Positions 15,022 through 32,899 of a DNA stretch of 64,000 nucleotides are shown here, piece after piece. Location: assembly GCF_009914755.1 (NCBI RefSeq), contig NC_060934.1. The stretch is one strand, 5' to 3'. The translations under genes were made by a program, and so were the position numbers. This stretch comes from the human T2T-CHM13v2.0 reference genome, Homo sapiens. A model generated the notes under the pieces. The model ran no database searches. It was given only the letters and a program-made list of their open reading frames with translations, and had not been told where the DNA came from. Position 1 is the first letter of the stretch, and each line of letters starts with the position of its first letter.

Positions 15022-15497
15022 TGTCTGGACTCATTTCCTAGGGCCGCTGTTATAATACAAATTACCACCAAATGGTTGACTTAAAGCAACAGAAATTTAT
15101 TCTCTCAAAGTCTCAGAGGCCAGAAGTCTGAAATCAAGGTGTCTGTGGTCCCTCCAAAACCTCTAGAAGTGGGGGCCTCCTCTAGGGGAGGAGCCTTCCT
15201 TGACTCTTGCAGCTTCTGGGGGCCCCCTGGCATTCTTTGTCTTGAGGCCACATCACTCAGCTCTCTGCCTCTGTCTTCATACGGGCTTCTCTTCTTCTGT
15301 CTTGCTTCTGTCCCTTACAAGGACACTTCCCACTGATCTTAAGGCCCATCCAGGTAACACAGGGTGACCCCATCTGGAGACCTTGAATATAATGATACCT
15401 GCCAAAACTCATTTTCCAAATAAGCTAACATTCCCAGGTGTGGGGTTCTAGAAAGCAGACATTATCTTCTGGGGAGGCCACCAACCCGCCCACTATA
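15022..15497 (-). mobile_element. MLT1C/D-type MaLR LTR
   Basis: ttcctagggccgctgttata...acttaaagcaacagaaatttattctctca...ggccagaagtctgaaatcaaggtgtc. Confidence 0.8.
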
Positions 15498-17549
15498 CTA
15501 TTCAACATTTGTGAAATAAATAAATGAGTGTTTGATGGCATGAAGTACCAGTGGCTTCCTTCCCAGCATTTCTGTTTTTGAACAGGATGATGATTAGCAA
15601 GCTGCACTCTGCGCGACTCACCCAGTAGAAGGCCCCTCTGACCACCCTCCCTGGGCTCTAGGGTCAGGGTCACAGAAAGCAGGAGTGTTCTGTGCCTTGG
15701 ACAACTTTCCTTCATTCTCACTTAGTGCACCAGAAGGAACCCTCTCCTGCGATGCTCAGTATCAAAACCATGGCTTTGGGGTGTCAAGAGCAACTCTATC
15801 AATCTGCTGCCTGGTCACTGAAGGCAGAGGCAAAATGGCATTAAGTATACAGCCACTCTCTACCCAATTCCAGATTCGAACCTTTCACACGTCATCAGCA
15901 ACGGGCCTCTGATCAAGCCTGTGATGAAACACAGTGAGCGTGTTTGCAGTGAGAGCAGTGGAATAAAAAGGGTGGGACAGAGCCAAGTCAATGGAAAATC
16001 CCTCACATGGGCCCCGGTCTCATTGAAGGAGATTGGTCAAAATTCCTTCGGTCAAACCTGCAGTATGGAATTACAGACAGTGCAAGAAGGCCAGGGGGCA
16101 ACAAACCACCAGGGAGCACAGGTTTCAGCTTTCCGGGAGAGCTGAACACCTGTCTACAGAGAAAATGATTGTCACTTCCACCCTTTTCGTCCTCATTAGC
16201 ACTGAAATAAATGCGATATTTAAACATTCTGGAGTGAGCCTGCCATTTTGCAATATGTGTCTTCAGAGCATAGGAAGCTTTAGAAGAACTGGCAAAATGA
16301 GAAACCAGAGGGAGGTGGAGAAGCTTGGGCCATGCTGTCTTGCTGCTGCCTGCCAGCCTTCCAGAGTGTATCGCCTTGCTGAGAATACGTGGCCAGAGAA
16401 GGGCTTCAAAAGCAAAATGCGACTTCCTGTCTGAAGTGTGTGAACAAGGGGCCATGACGTGCCCCAGACAGTTCTTCACAAGCCTTCGGCCCTAGCTGGG
16501 GTGGTGAGACATTCCTTTGTGTTCTCTCCCTGACTGGCATCCTTCTCTTGTCACCAGCTTCAGCAGGGAAGGCACAGCCGCATTCCTTACAGCTCTGTGC
16601 ATCTGATGCTACCACGACACCTGCCTTCACCGTGGAGGAGAAGGTGCAGGGTTGCAGGAACAGAGAGGGTCACAGGAGTCTGGAGTGAAAGCACACACAC
16701 TCCAAACAATGTGCATTTCAGAATGCATTGACCCTTGCTCTCAACTGGGCCACTCCCCATTAACTAGTGCCTGGCAGGGCACAGCTAATGAGTGAGAAAA
16801 AAAATGGAACAAAAAGGTGGAGAGGAGAGGGAGGGGGAGGAAAGGAAATTACAAGTCACATTTCATTAATCTACAATGCAATGAATCTGCAGACTTCATC
16901 ACACTGTCAGGAAGATGAATGATTAAAAAGGCTCAAGCTACCGCATGGCTCTGCCGTGAAGTCCCAGAAATAATGGCAAATATAATGGATAGAAAAAAAA
17001 TCAAACGCTACCTATGTGCTTGTGCGGCAGCCAACTTCGCAAAATGTTATGAGTGACCAACACTGCGGAATCCAGGTGTGCCCGTGCCCAATTTAGTCAC
17101 AGCAGCCATAAAAAATAAACAGGTATTTTACTTAAAGCTTTTGGTAGGTGGGTTTTTAGGGCTAAAAACTTGAAAAGCAAGAATGTTTTTTGCCATTAGG
17201 AATTCTTCTTGATAGATAGAGATTTGCATTTTTTTTTATTTCATACAAGATAAAACCATGATGGATTTAGATAAAATGCCTCCGCTTGGTCTGTAAAAGG
17301 GAAAAACTTCAAGCCTTCTGTACATGTTTTAAAATGGCCAGGGAAACAAGTATTTCTACTTTGTTTTTCTTTTCCCAAGGGTGGGAACATACTTCAAAAG
17401 TATGTGAAGGCTGAGTTTCTAACAAAGTCAAATAATATTGATGCTTATCAGTACAGTGAAACCGACAATAAGGATGTGCTCATTTGAGGTTTCACAGCAG
17501 CCGTGTTACTGCAGAGGGGAGTCCGCAAGGGATGGGAACTTATCACGAC

Positions 17550-17775
17550 TGTTTCTGTGAGCCACACGTCAAGCACATCCACATCTTCCACCTGCGTAAT
17601 CCTCACAGCTTCCTAGAGGGAGCTGGTACTACCACCACCATCCTCCTCCTCCTCTTCATCATCATGCCCGTTTTTACAAATGAAAAAGTGCAAGGGTTCA
17701 GAGAGGTTAAGTAACTGGCCCTGCATCACACAGCAGGGCCAGTGATAGAGTGGGATTTGAACCCCCAGTCTGACA
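17550..17775 (-). mobile_element. MIR
   Basis: tttttacaaatgaaaaa...ttcagagaggttaagtaactggccc...gggatttgaaccc. Confidence 0.7.
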
Positions 17776-18630
17776 TGAAAATATTTTGCAAATTCATCAT
17801 TGTCTTGACCAACCCTCACAAAGGGAAGGAAACAAGCAAGAAGCATTATGCCTGGGGTCCTGCAGTCAATGCAGAGGGACTTCGGAAATGGGACGTCCTC
17901 ATCCCTCCTGGCTTAGGGAACAGCCCTGAGACAGGAAACAAAGTGCTTGTCCTGACATGTGGACCGCGGGGCCCTCTGGCTGCTGTAAGGGAATTTCTGA
18001 AGTCTCTCCTGGGAGCCTCTACAGTCCTGAGTGGATGCCAGGAGCAAAACTTTGAATTCCCCATGCAGCACACAGTCGGCGTTGACCGCAGGCTGTGGAT
18101 ATGAGTGTGACGGGCCGTCCCGCTGGCCGCTGGAGGACAGCAGGTATGAATGGAACCGTCCTCACCACAGGTTCAGTCTGCAGCTCAGAGTCCCTTCACA
18201 GCTGAGCTTGGGATGGATGCCTGGCCCCCTCTGTGGGTTTACACACAGGACATCACCCAAGAACAGAATAGCTCTTACAGCTAAGATAAGAAAAACCTGG
18301 GCTCCAGCGCCAGCACCAGCATGCTCTCCACCCCTTCACTGGGTTGGGGTTTCTTTTTGTTGTTGTCCAATATCGCCATTAACTCCAATTTTACCCATCT
18401 CTAACCCTATCAAATCCGAATAGCTTGGAGGCTAAGCACAGGCCACGGAGTCAGAGACCCCAGCCCTGTGCCTTTCTTGCTGGAGCAGATCCCTTTGGGT
18501 CTCCAGCCCCAGTTACCTCCTTTGAGCACTGGAAAGTGAGACTGGGGCAAGGATGGAAGGAGAGCCTGAGTGTTGTGCTTAGGAAAGTGCTGGCAGGTCC
18601 TAAGTGCTCCACCGTGGCAGCCACCACTTA

Positions 18631-19071
<441 letters not shown>

Positions 19072-19174
19072 TTATCTCCCCAGCTGTCAAAGAGGGACAT
19101 AGTCGAAAAAGCAGTGCTTTTGTGGAATAATCTTAGTAAAGTTCAGAATTTCAAAACCAATTCTGGGAAAATGT

Positions 19175-19590
19175 GAAGGAGACTTAGAAAGACTCATAAA
19201 CCAATCAAAACGAACAGCCTTTGTTTGGATCTTGATTTAAACAACCTTGGGGAGGGGGGAATAACAGGGGAAATGTGAGCACTGACCAGATACTTGACAA
19301 TATTAAGGAATATTTTATTTTGATATAATAATGGTAATGCCTTATGTTTGTAAAAGAGTGCCTTTATTTTTTAGAGATACCTACTGAAATCTTTACAAAG
19401 GAAATGCTATGATGCCTGGGTTTAGCTTCAGTAATCTGGGGGAGGAGGAGAAAGAGAGGAAAGATGTGGATGAAACAGGAACTGGTTAAGTGTCAGAGCT
19501 GAGATGGGTCCATGGCGATCCTGGGCAGCTTCCTCCCTAATTCTGTATGTTTGACATCGTTTAAGAATGAAATTCAAGAAAAAAAGAAAA
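19175..19590 (+). mobile_element. Old L1 (L1MC/ME-type) 3' end
   Basis: ttagagatacctactgaaatctttacaaaggaaatg...tgatgcctggg...gtggatgaaacagg, with an A-rich end. Confidence 0.6.
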
Positions 19591-19843
19591 CGATGTTAAA
19601 AGCTAAAATTTGAAAGTTTGATATGGTCAAACATTGATCAGTGAAGCAAGTATTTATCATAAATTGCTAATCCCTGTGAAGATAATCTCAGTAAGATCAA
19701 ATCGACAATGACAAAGAACAGATATTGGAAATCATTTCACCATGCAGTACAGAAAACTGAGTAAGGGATGAAATGGACTTGGGATTCATTAAGTGTTGCT
19801 GTTTCTGTTTAAACACATCAGGGGCCCTGGATTGGACCAATGA

Positions 19844-20168
<325 letters not shown>

Positions 20169-20169
20169 C

Positions 20170-22210
<2,041 letters not shown>

Positions 22211-22809
22211 CTAGACAACAAGCTCAAATAACTAAATTCTAGTCTAAAAGCAAAGACTGAACATCCAGAGACTCTGTACAGTTGTGCTAAAAGGATTACT
22301 TAGATCTTATAGCCTAGTGGCTAAGAAAGCTGGCAACCAAATTCCAATTTTGGTCTAAGTGTTCCCAAAGTATAACATAGCTCGAATTCTCAACTTTGCC
22401 AGGTGTCATTAGGATGTTAGGTGGAAAAACAAACAAATGAACAAAAAACAACTAAAACAGGTTCTGTGGGAAACATGAGAGCAGATTTAGAAGATGGAAG
22501 ACTCAGGGGCCTCCCTAGTCTACTGCCCACATCAGCACCCTTGGGCATCCTAACTGAACCAAGTGGCATTGCCGCCGTCTGTCTTCATCACCCTACTGCT
22601 CACTTCTGGAGGGCCTGGATGACCCCGTACTGTGAGTTACTAAAGGAGCCCACCCTGCTGCTCCTCCTCCAGTACGTGGCACCCACATGTGCTGTGCTGG
22701 GGGCTGGAACGCCAAGGGAGAGCAGCTGTCCTGTCTCCAGCTCCCTTGAATCCCCAGTAGAAGTCCGATCTTTTGTTGTTGTTGTTTGTTTGTTTTGAGC
22801 TTGCAATAT

Positions 22810-23237
22810 GCTTGTCTAAAATATAGCATTTCCCAGCCTTCCTTGCAGTGGTTGATACCACATGCAACTGAATTCTGGCAGGTGAGAGTTAAGCAGAAGT
22901 AGTATGTAGAACCGCTTATAGGAAATTGAATTACCTGAGAGAAAACTTTTTCTTTTCCCCAAGCCCTTTCTCTCCTGTTCCTTCAGAGACGTGACAGCTG
23001 GAGCACCAGCTGCCACCCTGGATTATGACCTTGAAGATGAGTGTCACATGCTGACATGGCAGAGACAGAGAGAGAGAGATGAATCCTGGGTTCCTGATGA
23101 TTACCAGGTTTCTACTTGGCACGCCCTTGGCTGGCTTCCAGGGTACTTTTATGTGAAGAAAGAAAGAAACTTTTACCTTGTTAAGGCACTATTTTGATTT
23201 TTCTGTTGCTGCAGCTGAACCTAACACTAACTTATAT
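22810..23237 (+). mobile_element. LTR33/LTR16-like ERVL LTR
   Basis: catttcccagccttccttgcag...gctggagcaccagctgccaccctgg...cctgggttcctgatga...cttgttaaggcact...gcagctgaacctaa. Confidence 0.6.
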
Positions 23238-23805
23238 ATCAACAAAGGTAGAACTCTTGAAGGGTGTTTAAGATCAAAGAATCAGAGTAAGGAGCTCAAC
23301 TATGATGACCAGGAAAGATAATAAGAGGTATGGGAGAATTATTTCTTCTACAACATACTCTTTGTAAAACAAGACCTAAGAAATCTGGGGAAATATTTCT
23401 CATCTAATTTCATTTTTCTTTCCAAAGAAACACCACATGTAGTAAACCCAAGGGAATGTACTAAAATAAAAAATAAGATACATTAAGCAATCAGTGAGGG
23501 CTAAGGATAACTTCTTAGTAATATAACCGACAGTGAGAAAGATAATAAAGGTAGTAACAAACATGTGCAATTCAGGGGAGATTGTTTGGGTTTTGAAGCT
23601 CCATGTGCTTGTTAAGAAATACAATTAGATGATTTCTCCTCTATGAAGAATCTCCCCAAATATCCACCTAAAAGGTAGTTATTATCTAGCATACTTCTCT
23701 GCTTTTGGAGAAAACATGAAAGAAAAAAACAGTTTTGTCTCTTTCTTAAATGTGCTATCCTCTGCAAATACCAATGGAGGTTAAGCCTTGCCTTTGGCTG
23801 CTTTA

Positions 23806-24111
<306 letters not shown>

Positions 24112-24962
24112 CTAAGCCTCTAGATGCCCTTTGACCCAAAGATGGCATCTAAAGGAGAATATTGAAAAACTTCCTATTAATATTTGGTGGGTGATAGATA
24201 GTTCAGCCAAATTACTCCAAAGAGGGAATGCAGAGAACCACCCCTGCCACATGGAAGTGCTTAAAAAGCATTAGGTTCCTTCTTCCACCCCTACCTTCCT
24301 CTCTTCTATACTGGCCAGGTGAACCTCTGAGTAGCAATGAACTCATCAATGGCCACCACAGTAATGCATTCTCCCTGCCTGCCCATGATTCTGGCTCACT
24401 ATTTAGCAATGCAAATTCCTAACTGACTATATCTGCACCAATAAATGTGACCACATTTCTATACTGTAAAGCTTGCATTTGATAGGTACCCTTGTTTTAA
24501 TATAATTTTCCATTTTATTCCCAGGTATTGAGATATATCACTGTCAATACACAACACAACATAATACTAACTATATGTTCTATTTATACATAATTCTGTA
24601 CATATGCATATTCTATGCACACCTATAACCTATATACATTCTATATCATAACTGGAACACAAAATGTAAAGAACGTATCAGAATAATAAAACAACTATCC
24701 TCAGAAGACTGATGAGAAGATTAAAGGTAATAATCAAGGCTAACACATGCCATGATTAAGTCCTCAGCCAACATAAAGTGTTACTATTGGATTCCATTAT
24801 CATTGTGTATATAGCAATATTGATGTTCATCTTCACGTCCTCCAGTTGGTCGGCATGTCCACCTCTCAAGGCCACCATCATTCTCAATGCCTGCTTTGCA
24901 CTTTTCATAAACCTTGTAGGCTTCCCTGCCTCAGCAGAGACACTCAAAAATAAAACTCGTGT

Positions 24963-25236
24963 GGCCAGGCACGGTGGCTTACACCTGTAATCCCAGCACT
25001 TTGGGAGGCCAAGGCTGGCGGATTACCTTAGGTCACGAGTTTGAGACCAGCCTGGCCAACCTCCTCTCTACTAAAAATACAAAAATTAGCTGGGCATGGT
25101 GGCTGGCGGCCGTAATCCCAGCTACTTAGGAGGCTGAGGCAAATCGCTTGAATCCAGGAGGCAGAGGTTGCAGTGAGCGGAGATCACGCCACTGTACTCC
25201 AGCCTGGGCAACAGAGGGAGACTCCGACTCAAAAAA

Positions 25237-25279
<43 letters not shown>

Positions 25280-25280
25280 A
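24963..25280 (+). mobile_element. Alu (AluS-type) with (AAAT)~12 microsatellite tail
   Basis: ggccaggcacggtggctt...; tetranucleotide tail ~25233-25280, about 100 nt from the exon 9 donor. Confidence 0.95.
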
Positions 25281-25355
25281 GCTCGGAAGGTGGAATTTTG
25301 CATAGCCCTAGGGCCAGACATACTCTGGAGCTGGGGCCTCGCTGCCCATGTCCTA

Positions 25356-25643
<288 letters not shown>

Positions 25644-26082
25644 TCACATTGTGTTGGGGGGAAAGTCTTGAATAATATAAGCTTACCGTTTTAGACCTAT
25701 TTGTTCTTTCAAACAAACCTCTAAAATGACATCAGGACAACTGTCTTATTCCCAGACAGTCAGGTATGTAAGAAAATGTGTAGAAAAATCTGACATGACA
25801 CCTGTCACAGGGGAATAATGTCCATTTTTACGTACCAAGAACAGATCAAATAACATAGTGCTGAGGGCTTAACATTCACAAGTTGAGCACAAGCCGTAGC
25901 AATCAGTGCCTCTCTTTTGGGAGGCAATTATTTTTCTTAAAATAACTTCCTATTAAGTTTAACAAAGACAAATGAATATAAGCAGAGAATAGTCCATCAG
26001 GGCAAATCAGCAGTGACACAGTGTAAAGTGGGCTTTCTTTAGGTATTTTCTCTTTCAAAGCTCAGCTTTTAAAATCTCAGGG

Positions 26083-26720
<638 letters not shown>

Positions 26721-26849
26721 GGCCTGGCATTTATCAGTGCTGGGCTCGAGCTGACAACACATCTCCTTCCCTCATTGGCAAAGCTGCTGCTTTTGAGGAA
26801 ATGTGATTTTACCAGCAGATAAAGTTTTTACCATTTAAAATAAACTCCT

Positions 26850-27214
<365 letters not shown>

Positions 27215-27713
27215 TTAAAGTAAATCAGCCAAATCTTTGCACCTAAATATCAGCAGATTTCTAAACAGCTCCCAGATTTACCAAAAAGAAAAACAGAGAA
27301 GCCCATCTGACCTATACAGGTGCAGGCTGGGGAGTGACTGAATGGGAAATGTCTGAAAACAGGAAATATCTAAAAATATAATTGAATTTTTTTAAGAATG
27401 GGGAGAAGCTCCTCTAATATGAGCCATTAATGATCAGGGAATCCTGAAGGAGGAGGAAATTCTGTCCTGCCCACCTCAGCCACTTTCTTCTTTGGCTATT
27501 GTGATTGGTCTCAGAGGTGGACGACAGAGAATGAAATATGCTCCATTTGGAGAAAAGATGGGTATTTCCAGTGTAAATAATTCTATAGTCCATATCATAA
27601 GATGAGTGGTTCACAGAGCCAACATGGGCAAAATCTGTCTACGTGAGACAGCAGTGGTGTGGACAGCTGATGCCCTGTGGCATGAATCTTCTCATAGGGT
27701 GAACAGTCTCCTA

Positions 27714-28187
<474 letters not shown>

Positions 28188-28198
28188 CTATCACTTCC

Positions 28199-28508
28199 TG
28201 TTATCCTCCAAATGTTATGTCTCTCAAAATCCATAGGCTGAAACCTAATCCCCAATGCATGAATTGCTAGGCCCTCTAGGAGGTGATTAGTGTCCTTACG
28301 AAAGAGGCCCAAAGGAGCCTGTTTGCCCATCTGCCATGGGAGGATGCAGCACGATGACGGCCCTGTGAACCAGAGAGTGAGCCCTCACCAGACCCTAGAT
28401 CTGCCAGTAACTTGATCTTGGACATTCCCACCTCTAGAACTCTGAATAGATTTCTGTTATTTATAAGCTACTCAGGTTACAATATTTTAGCATGAATGGA
28501 CTGAGATA
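28199..28508 (+). mobile_element. MLT1A-type MaLR LTR
   Basis: tgttat...gaaacctaatccccaatg...gccctcaccagacc...cttgatcttggac...ggactgagata; TSD cttcc/cttgc. Confidence 0.75.
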
Positions 28509-28513
28509 CTTGC

Positions 28514-28872
28514 TGATAGGGTTTGGCTGTGTTCCCACCCAAAACTCATCTTGAATTATAGTTCCCATAATCCCCACATGTCATGAAAGGGACCGGGTGG
28601 GAGGTAATTGAATCATGGGGGTGGTTTCCCTCATGCTGTTCTTCTGATAGTGAGTTCTCACAACATCTGATGGTTTTATTAAGGGGCTTCCCCCTTCACT
28701 CAGCACTCATTCTGTCTCCTGATGCCCTGTGAAGAGGTGCCTTCCGCCATTATTATAAGTTTCCTGAGGCCTTATCAGCCATGCAGAATTCTGAGTCAAT
28801 TAAAACTCTTTTCTTTATAAATTACCCAGTCTCATGTATTTCTTCATAGCAGCATGAGAATGAAGGAATACA
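28514..28872 (+). mobile_element. THE1 (C/D-type) MaLR LTR
   Basis: tgatagggtttggctgtgttcccaccc ... ttataaattacccagtctc...aataca. Confidence 0.9.
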
Positions 28873-30295
28873 CCTTCCTTAGTTGTGACTATCACCTCTC
28901 TGGTTGTGGCTATCACATACTTGGTTGTGATTATCAACTCCCTGGTTATGGTGACATCTTCCCTGACTGTGGCTATCACCTCCCTGGTTGTGGTTATTAC
29001 CTCTTTGGTTGTGATCATCACCTCCTTCGTTGTGGTTACCACCTCCCTGGTTGTGGTTATCACCTCCCTGGTTGTGGTTATCACCTCCATTGCTATAGCT
29101 ATCGCTACCCTGGTTGTGGTTCTCACCTCCCTGGTTGTAGTCACCACCTCCCTGGTCATGGTTATCACTCCCCCGTTTGCAGTTATCACCTCCCTGGGTG
29201 TGGTTATCACCTCCCTGGTTGTGATCATCACCTGCCTTGTTCTGGTTATCACTGCCCTGGGTGTAGTTATCACCTCCCTGGGTGTAGTTGTCACCTCCCT
29301 GGTCATGGTTATCACTCCCCTGGTTGCAGTTATCACTCCCCTGGGTGTAGTTATCACCTCCCTGGTTGTGGTCATCACCTCCCTGGTCATGGTTATCACT
29401 TCCCTTACTGTGGTCATTACCTCCTCCATTGTGGTCATCACTCCCCTGGTCATGGTTATCACTTCCCTTACTGTGATCATCACCTCCCTCTTTGTGGTCA
29501 TCACTCCCCTGGTCATGGTTATCACTTTCCTGATTGTGGTTAACACCTCTCTGGTTGTGGTTCTTATCACTCTTATTGTGTCACCACCTCCCTCATTGTG
29601 GTTATCAGCTCCCTGGTTGTGGTTATCACCTTCCTGGTTGTGGCTATCACTTCCCTGGTTGTGGTTATCACCTCCCTGGTTGTGGTTATCACCTCTCTGG
29701 TTGTGGTCATCCCTCCTTCATTGTGGTTATCACTCCCCTGGGTGTGGTCCTCATTCCCCTGGTTGTGGTTCTCACCTCCCTGGTTGTGGTTCTTACCTCT
29801 CTTGTTTGTGGTCACCATCTCCCTTGTTGTGGTTCTCACCTCTCTGATTGTGAGCATCACCTCCCTCTTTGTGGTCATCATTCCCCTGGTTGTGGTTATC
29901 ACTTCCCTGATTGTGGTTATCACCTCTCTGGTTGTGGTTCTTATCGCTGTTATTGTGGTCACCCCCTCCCTCATTGTGGTTATCAGCTCCCTGGTTGTGG
30001 TTATTGCCTCCCTGGTTGTGGTTTTTATCTCTCTCATTGTGGTCATCAGCTCCCTCATTGTGGTTATCACTTCCCTGGTTGTGGTTATCACCTCCCTGGT
30101 TGTGGTCATCACCTCCCTCATTGTGGTTATCACTTCCCTGGTCGTGGTTATCACCTCCCTGGTTGTGGTCATCACCTCCCTCATTGTGGTCATCATTCCC
30201 CTGGTTGTGGTTATCACTTCCTTTGTTGTGGATCTCACTTCCCTCGTTGTGGTTCTCACCTCCCTCTGTGGTGGTGATTACTTTTCTCACTGTGA
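28873..30295. repeat. 21-bp minisatellite, consensus cacctccctggttgtggttat, ~67 diverged copies (intron 7)
   Basis: Periodicity is directly visible; it produces heptad-repeat ORFs in five of six frames. Confidence 0.97.
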
Positions 30296-32899
30296 TTTCC
30301 TGCTTCTTTATTGCCCACTCACTACACTGCAGATCATTGAGGAGACAGACTCAGCCTTTTATCTTTTATGCCTGACCAAATACATGTATCTTAATATCAA
30401 CTTTTTCTCATAATTTAATGAGCATCTACATTGTTGGGTTGAGCAAATACACACCGCTCCTTCCCTCCTGGAGCTTGCAGCACACAGCCAATAAGAGGCA
30501 TGCAATGACCCAGTTCATTGCCACTAAGTCAGCAGAGCATTGGGTCACCATGACAACAGGAATCATGGGGTTAAATGGTAGGAAAAGCAGGCTTCAGCAA
30601 GGAAGTGAAATAAATGCATGCTGTTTTCTGAATTTTGCCTTTTTAGTCAGCTCATCACACTGATAGCTGAGGTCTGGGAAAATGAGACCAGGGGCCAAAG
30701 GAGGTACCAAGGGCTCTGCAAGTCACAGGAGAAAAGGCTACCCTAAAGGTCAAAGGCCAGAGACACCCTCTCCCTAGAGGCTGCCTTGCCTCGCGTCACT
30801 GAATGAGTATCTGTGAGTTCACTGCAAATCTGTGATTTGCTAGGCTAAATTTGTTTATCAATACCCAAGTGAAAGAAGATCTGATTCAAAGGGCATCTCT
30901 TTTTTGAGCCAGGCACCTGACCATGCAGTAAGGGCCAGAGGGTTCCAGGGACAATTTCATGACAGTGTGTTAAAGACCAGGAAGGACGCCCAGGTGCTGC
31001 AGAAACACACAGGAAGGCCATCCTGGTCAGGGTGGCCGGTGGGCAGGTGCCCGTTAGGGAGGCCCGTGGCCTTCTGAAAGCTGAGCTGGAACTGAATTGA
31101 TGCAGAACAGAGGAAGGGCATGGCCCACAGCGGGGTGGCGTGGAACTGAGTGTGTTCTAGCAAGCTGCCAAAAAATCGGATCAACCGAATTATCCATAAA
31201 ATGTCCTTGTAAAGTGTAGATAAACAAATCTGTTGCAAATTTTATGGTGGGTTGAAATCTATTAGAACTGGAAAATTGGTATTATGTAAAATTTATGATA
31301 CGTTGGAGTTATATGGCTGTGTGCTTCATATGCCTTTCATAACACAACATTCTGTAATGACTGGGAAGAGTGGTTTAATGAGCATCAAGGAGCGTTTCTA
31401 AAGGAGTGGGAAGATTTACTATAGCCTGGCTTTTATGACATGCCTATGAGAGGTGACAGGTGCAGCCTTGACTGGGAATTCAGGGCCTAACTCTCTTACT
31501 GCTCCAGGGGTTAAAACAGGCTTCCCCTTATGATAACTCACTTTGTGTCACAATATTTAGGTGAGAGAAAGCTGGCTACAAGGACTCTTATTCCCAAGAA
31601 TGCTACAACAGAAACCCATCATAAACGGAGAAGCAACATGCAAAGGACATGTAGCTTCTACAGCCATCACCATGAAGACAGACACTGCCAGGACAGCAGG
31701 GGGCCACATATGAATAGCACCATGTTTTAATAAAAGACACAGTAATAACGTCACCAATTGTGTTAACAAGAACAGGAACAATACGTTCCATTTCTCTACT
31801 AAGTCTCATCATCATGACTGGCAGGTAAAGTAGAGAAGGCAGAGGAGATTTTTCCCATTCTACAGACTTGGAGACTAAGGCCCAGAAAGCCATCGAATAA
31901 TTTACCCTGCGTCACCCAGCTGGGAGCAGGAGAAGCCAGGACTTTGGCCTTTCAGGGCTCTTCCCTTACCCCTATCTGTCCATGAAGGTGTAGTAGAGAA
32001 ATGAGAACCAGTGCATCTCTGCTGCTTGTTTTATTTGCTGCACACTGTGACCATTCTGATGGCCACAGCATACTTGCCATCTCCTTTGAGACCCCATATA
32101 CTCGTCCCTGCTGATGCAGTCATTCTCAGCCAACAGCATCGACCTTAGCAAATCCTAACTGGCAGGCAATTCACTGTCTTACATTGGGATCAGTAACTAT
32201 CTCTACGGACATAAAGCCTGGTGGCTCATCATGAACTAGGCAATGAATGCAAGCATTCAGCCCAGGCTGGCTTCCTTCACTGTTACCCTAACCCCTTCCA
32301 ATTAGCTGTGGGAGAAATGTGCTGTCAGTACTAGAGATCACGGCCTTGACACTGGAAGAAGAAAAACATCACCTTCCCTTGAGATGCACACTTAGCCATG
32401 GCATGGGAAGATGGCTGGGCCACGAGCCATCAGAATGACCTCCTGATGTTCTACCCACTGTCACTGTACTTTCATATCAGCCACACTTTCCCACCGATGG
32501 CAAAGTATTGGTTAACAAAGTGCATGCCACTGTGCCATGGTGTCATAAGCATCTTTCCCACATGAGACCATGGGCCTTTGAAGAATCTTCTTCTCAGTGA
32601 AGTTTCTTTACAATTCCCTCTGCACGGTGGCCCTCTGCAATGCCAGGAAGCATCTCTCCAGTGGCTACCAGCACCATCAAAGACACGGGTGGTGGCCACT
32701 CTGCTCTTCTGAGCAAGGCAACCATGAACATCCCCAGGAATGAAGTTTCCCATTTAAACGCAATTAATTCTTGTAAAGGAATACATTTCTTCTTGAAAGG
32801 GGTCAAAGATTTTTTTTTGGAGTTTGCGTCTTTGTGGTAAATGTTTGGGTCTTGATGACTTCAGTCAGAGTAAGGAATAGAATTTTCACCATGGCCTTA

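Noticed and set aside
28873-30295. CRISPR-like regular repeat
   Set aside because: Head-to-tail minisatellite with no unique spacers and no cas genes, in a mammalian intron.
28815-30413. Long ORFs of 154-320 aa: (GCGYHLP)n, (VVITSLV)n, (WLWLSPP)n and mucin-like (TTTREVI)n
   Set aside because: They follow from a 21-nt unit that has no stop in five of six frames. 1-bp register shifts break the frames, and there is no signal peptide or promoter evidence.
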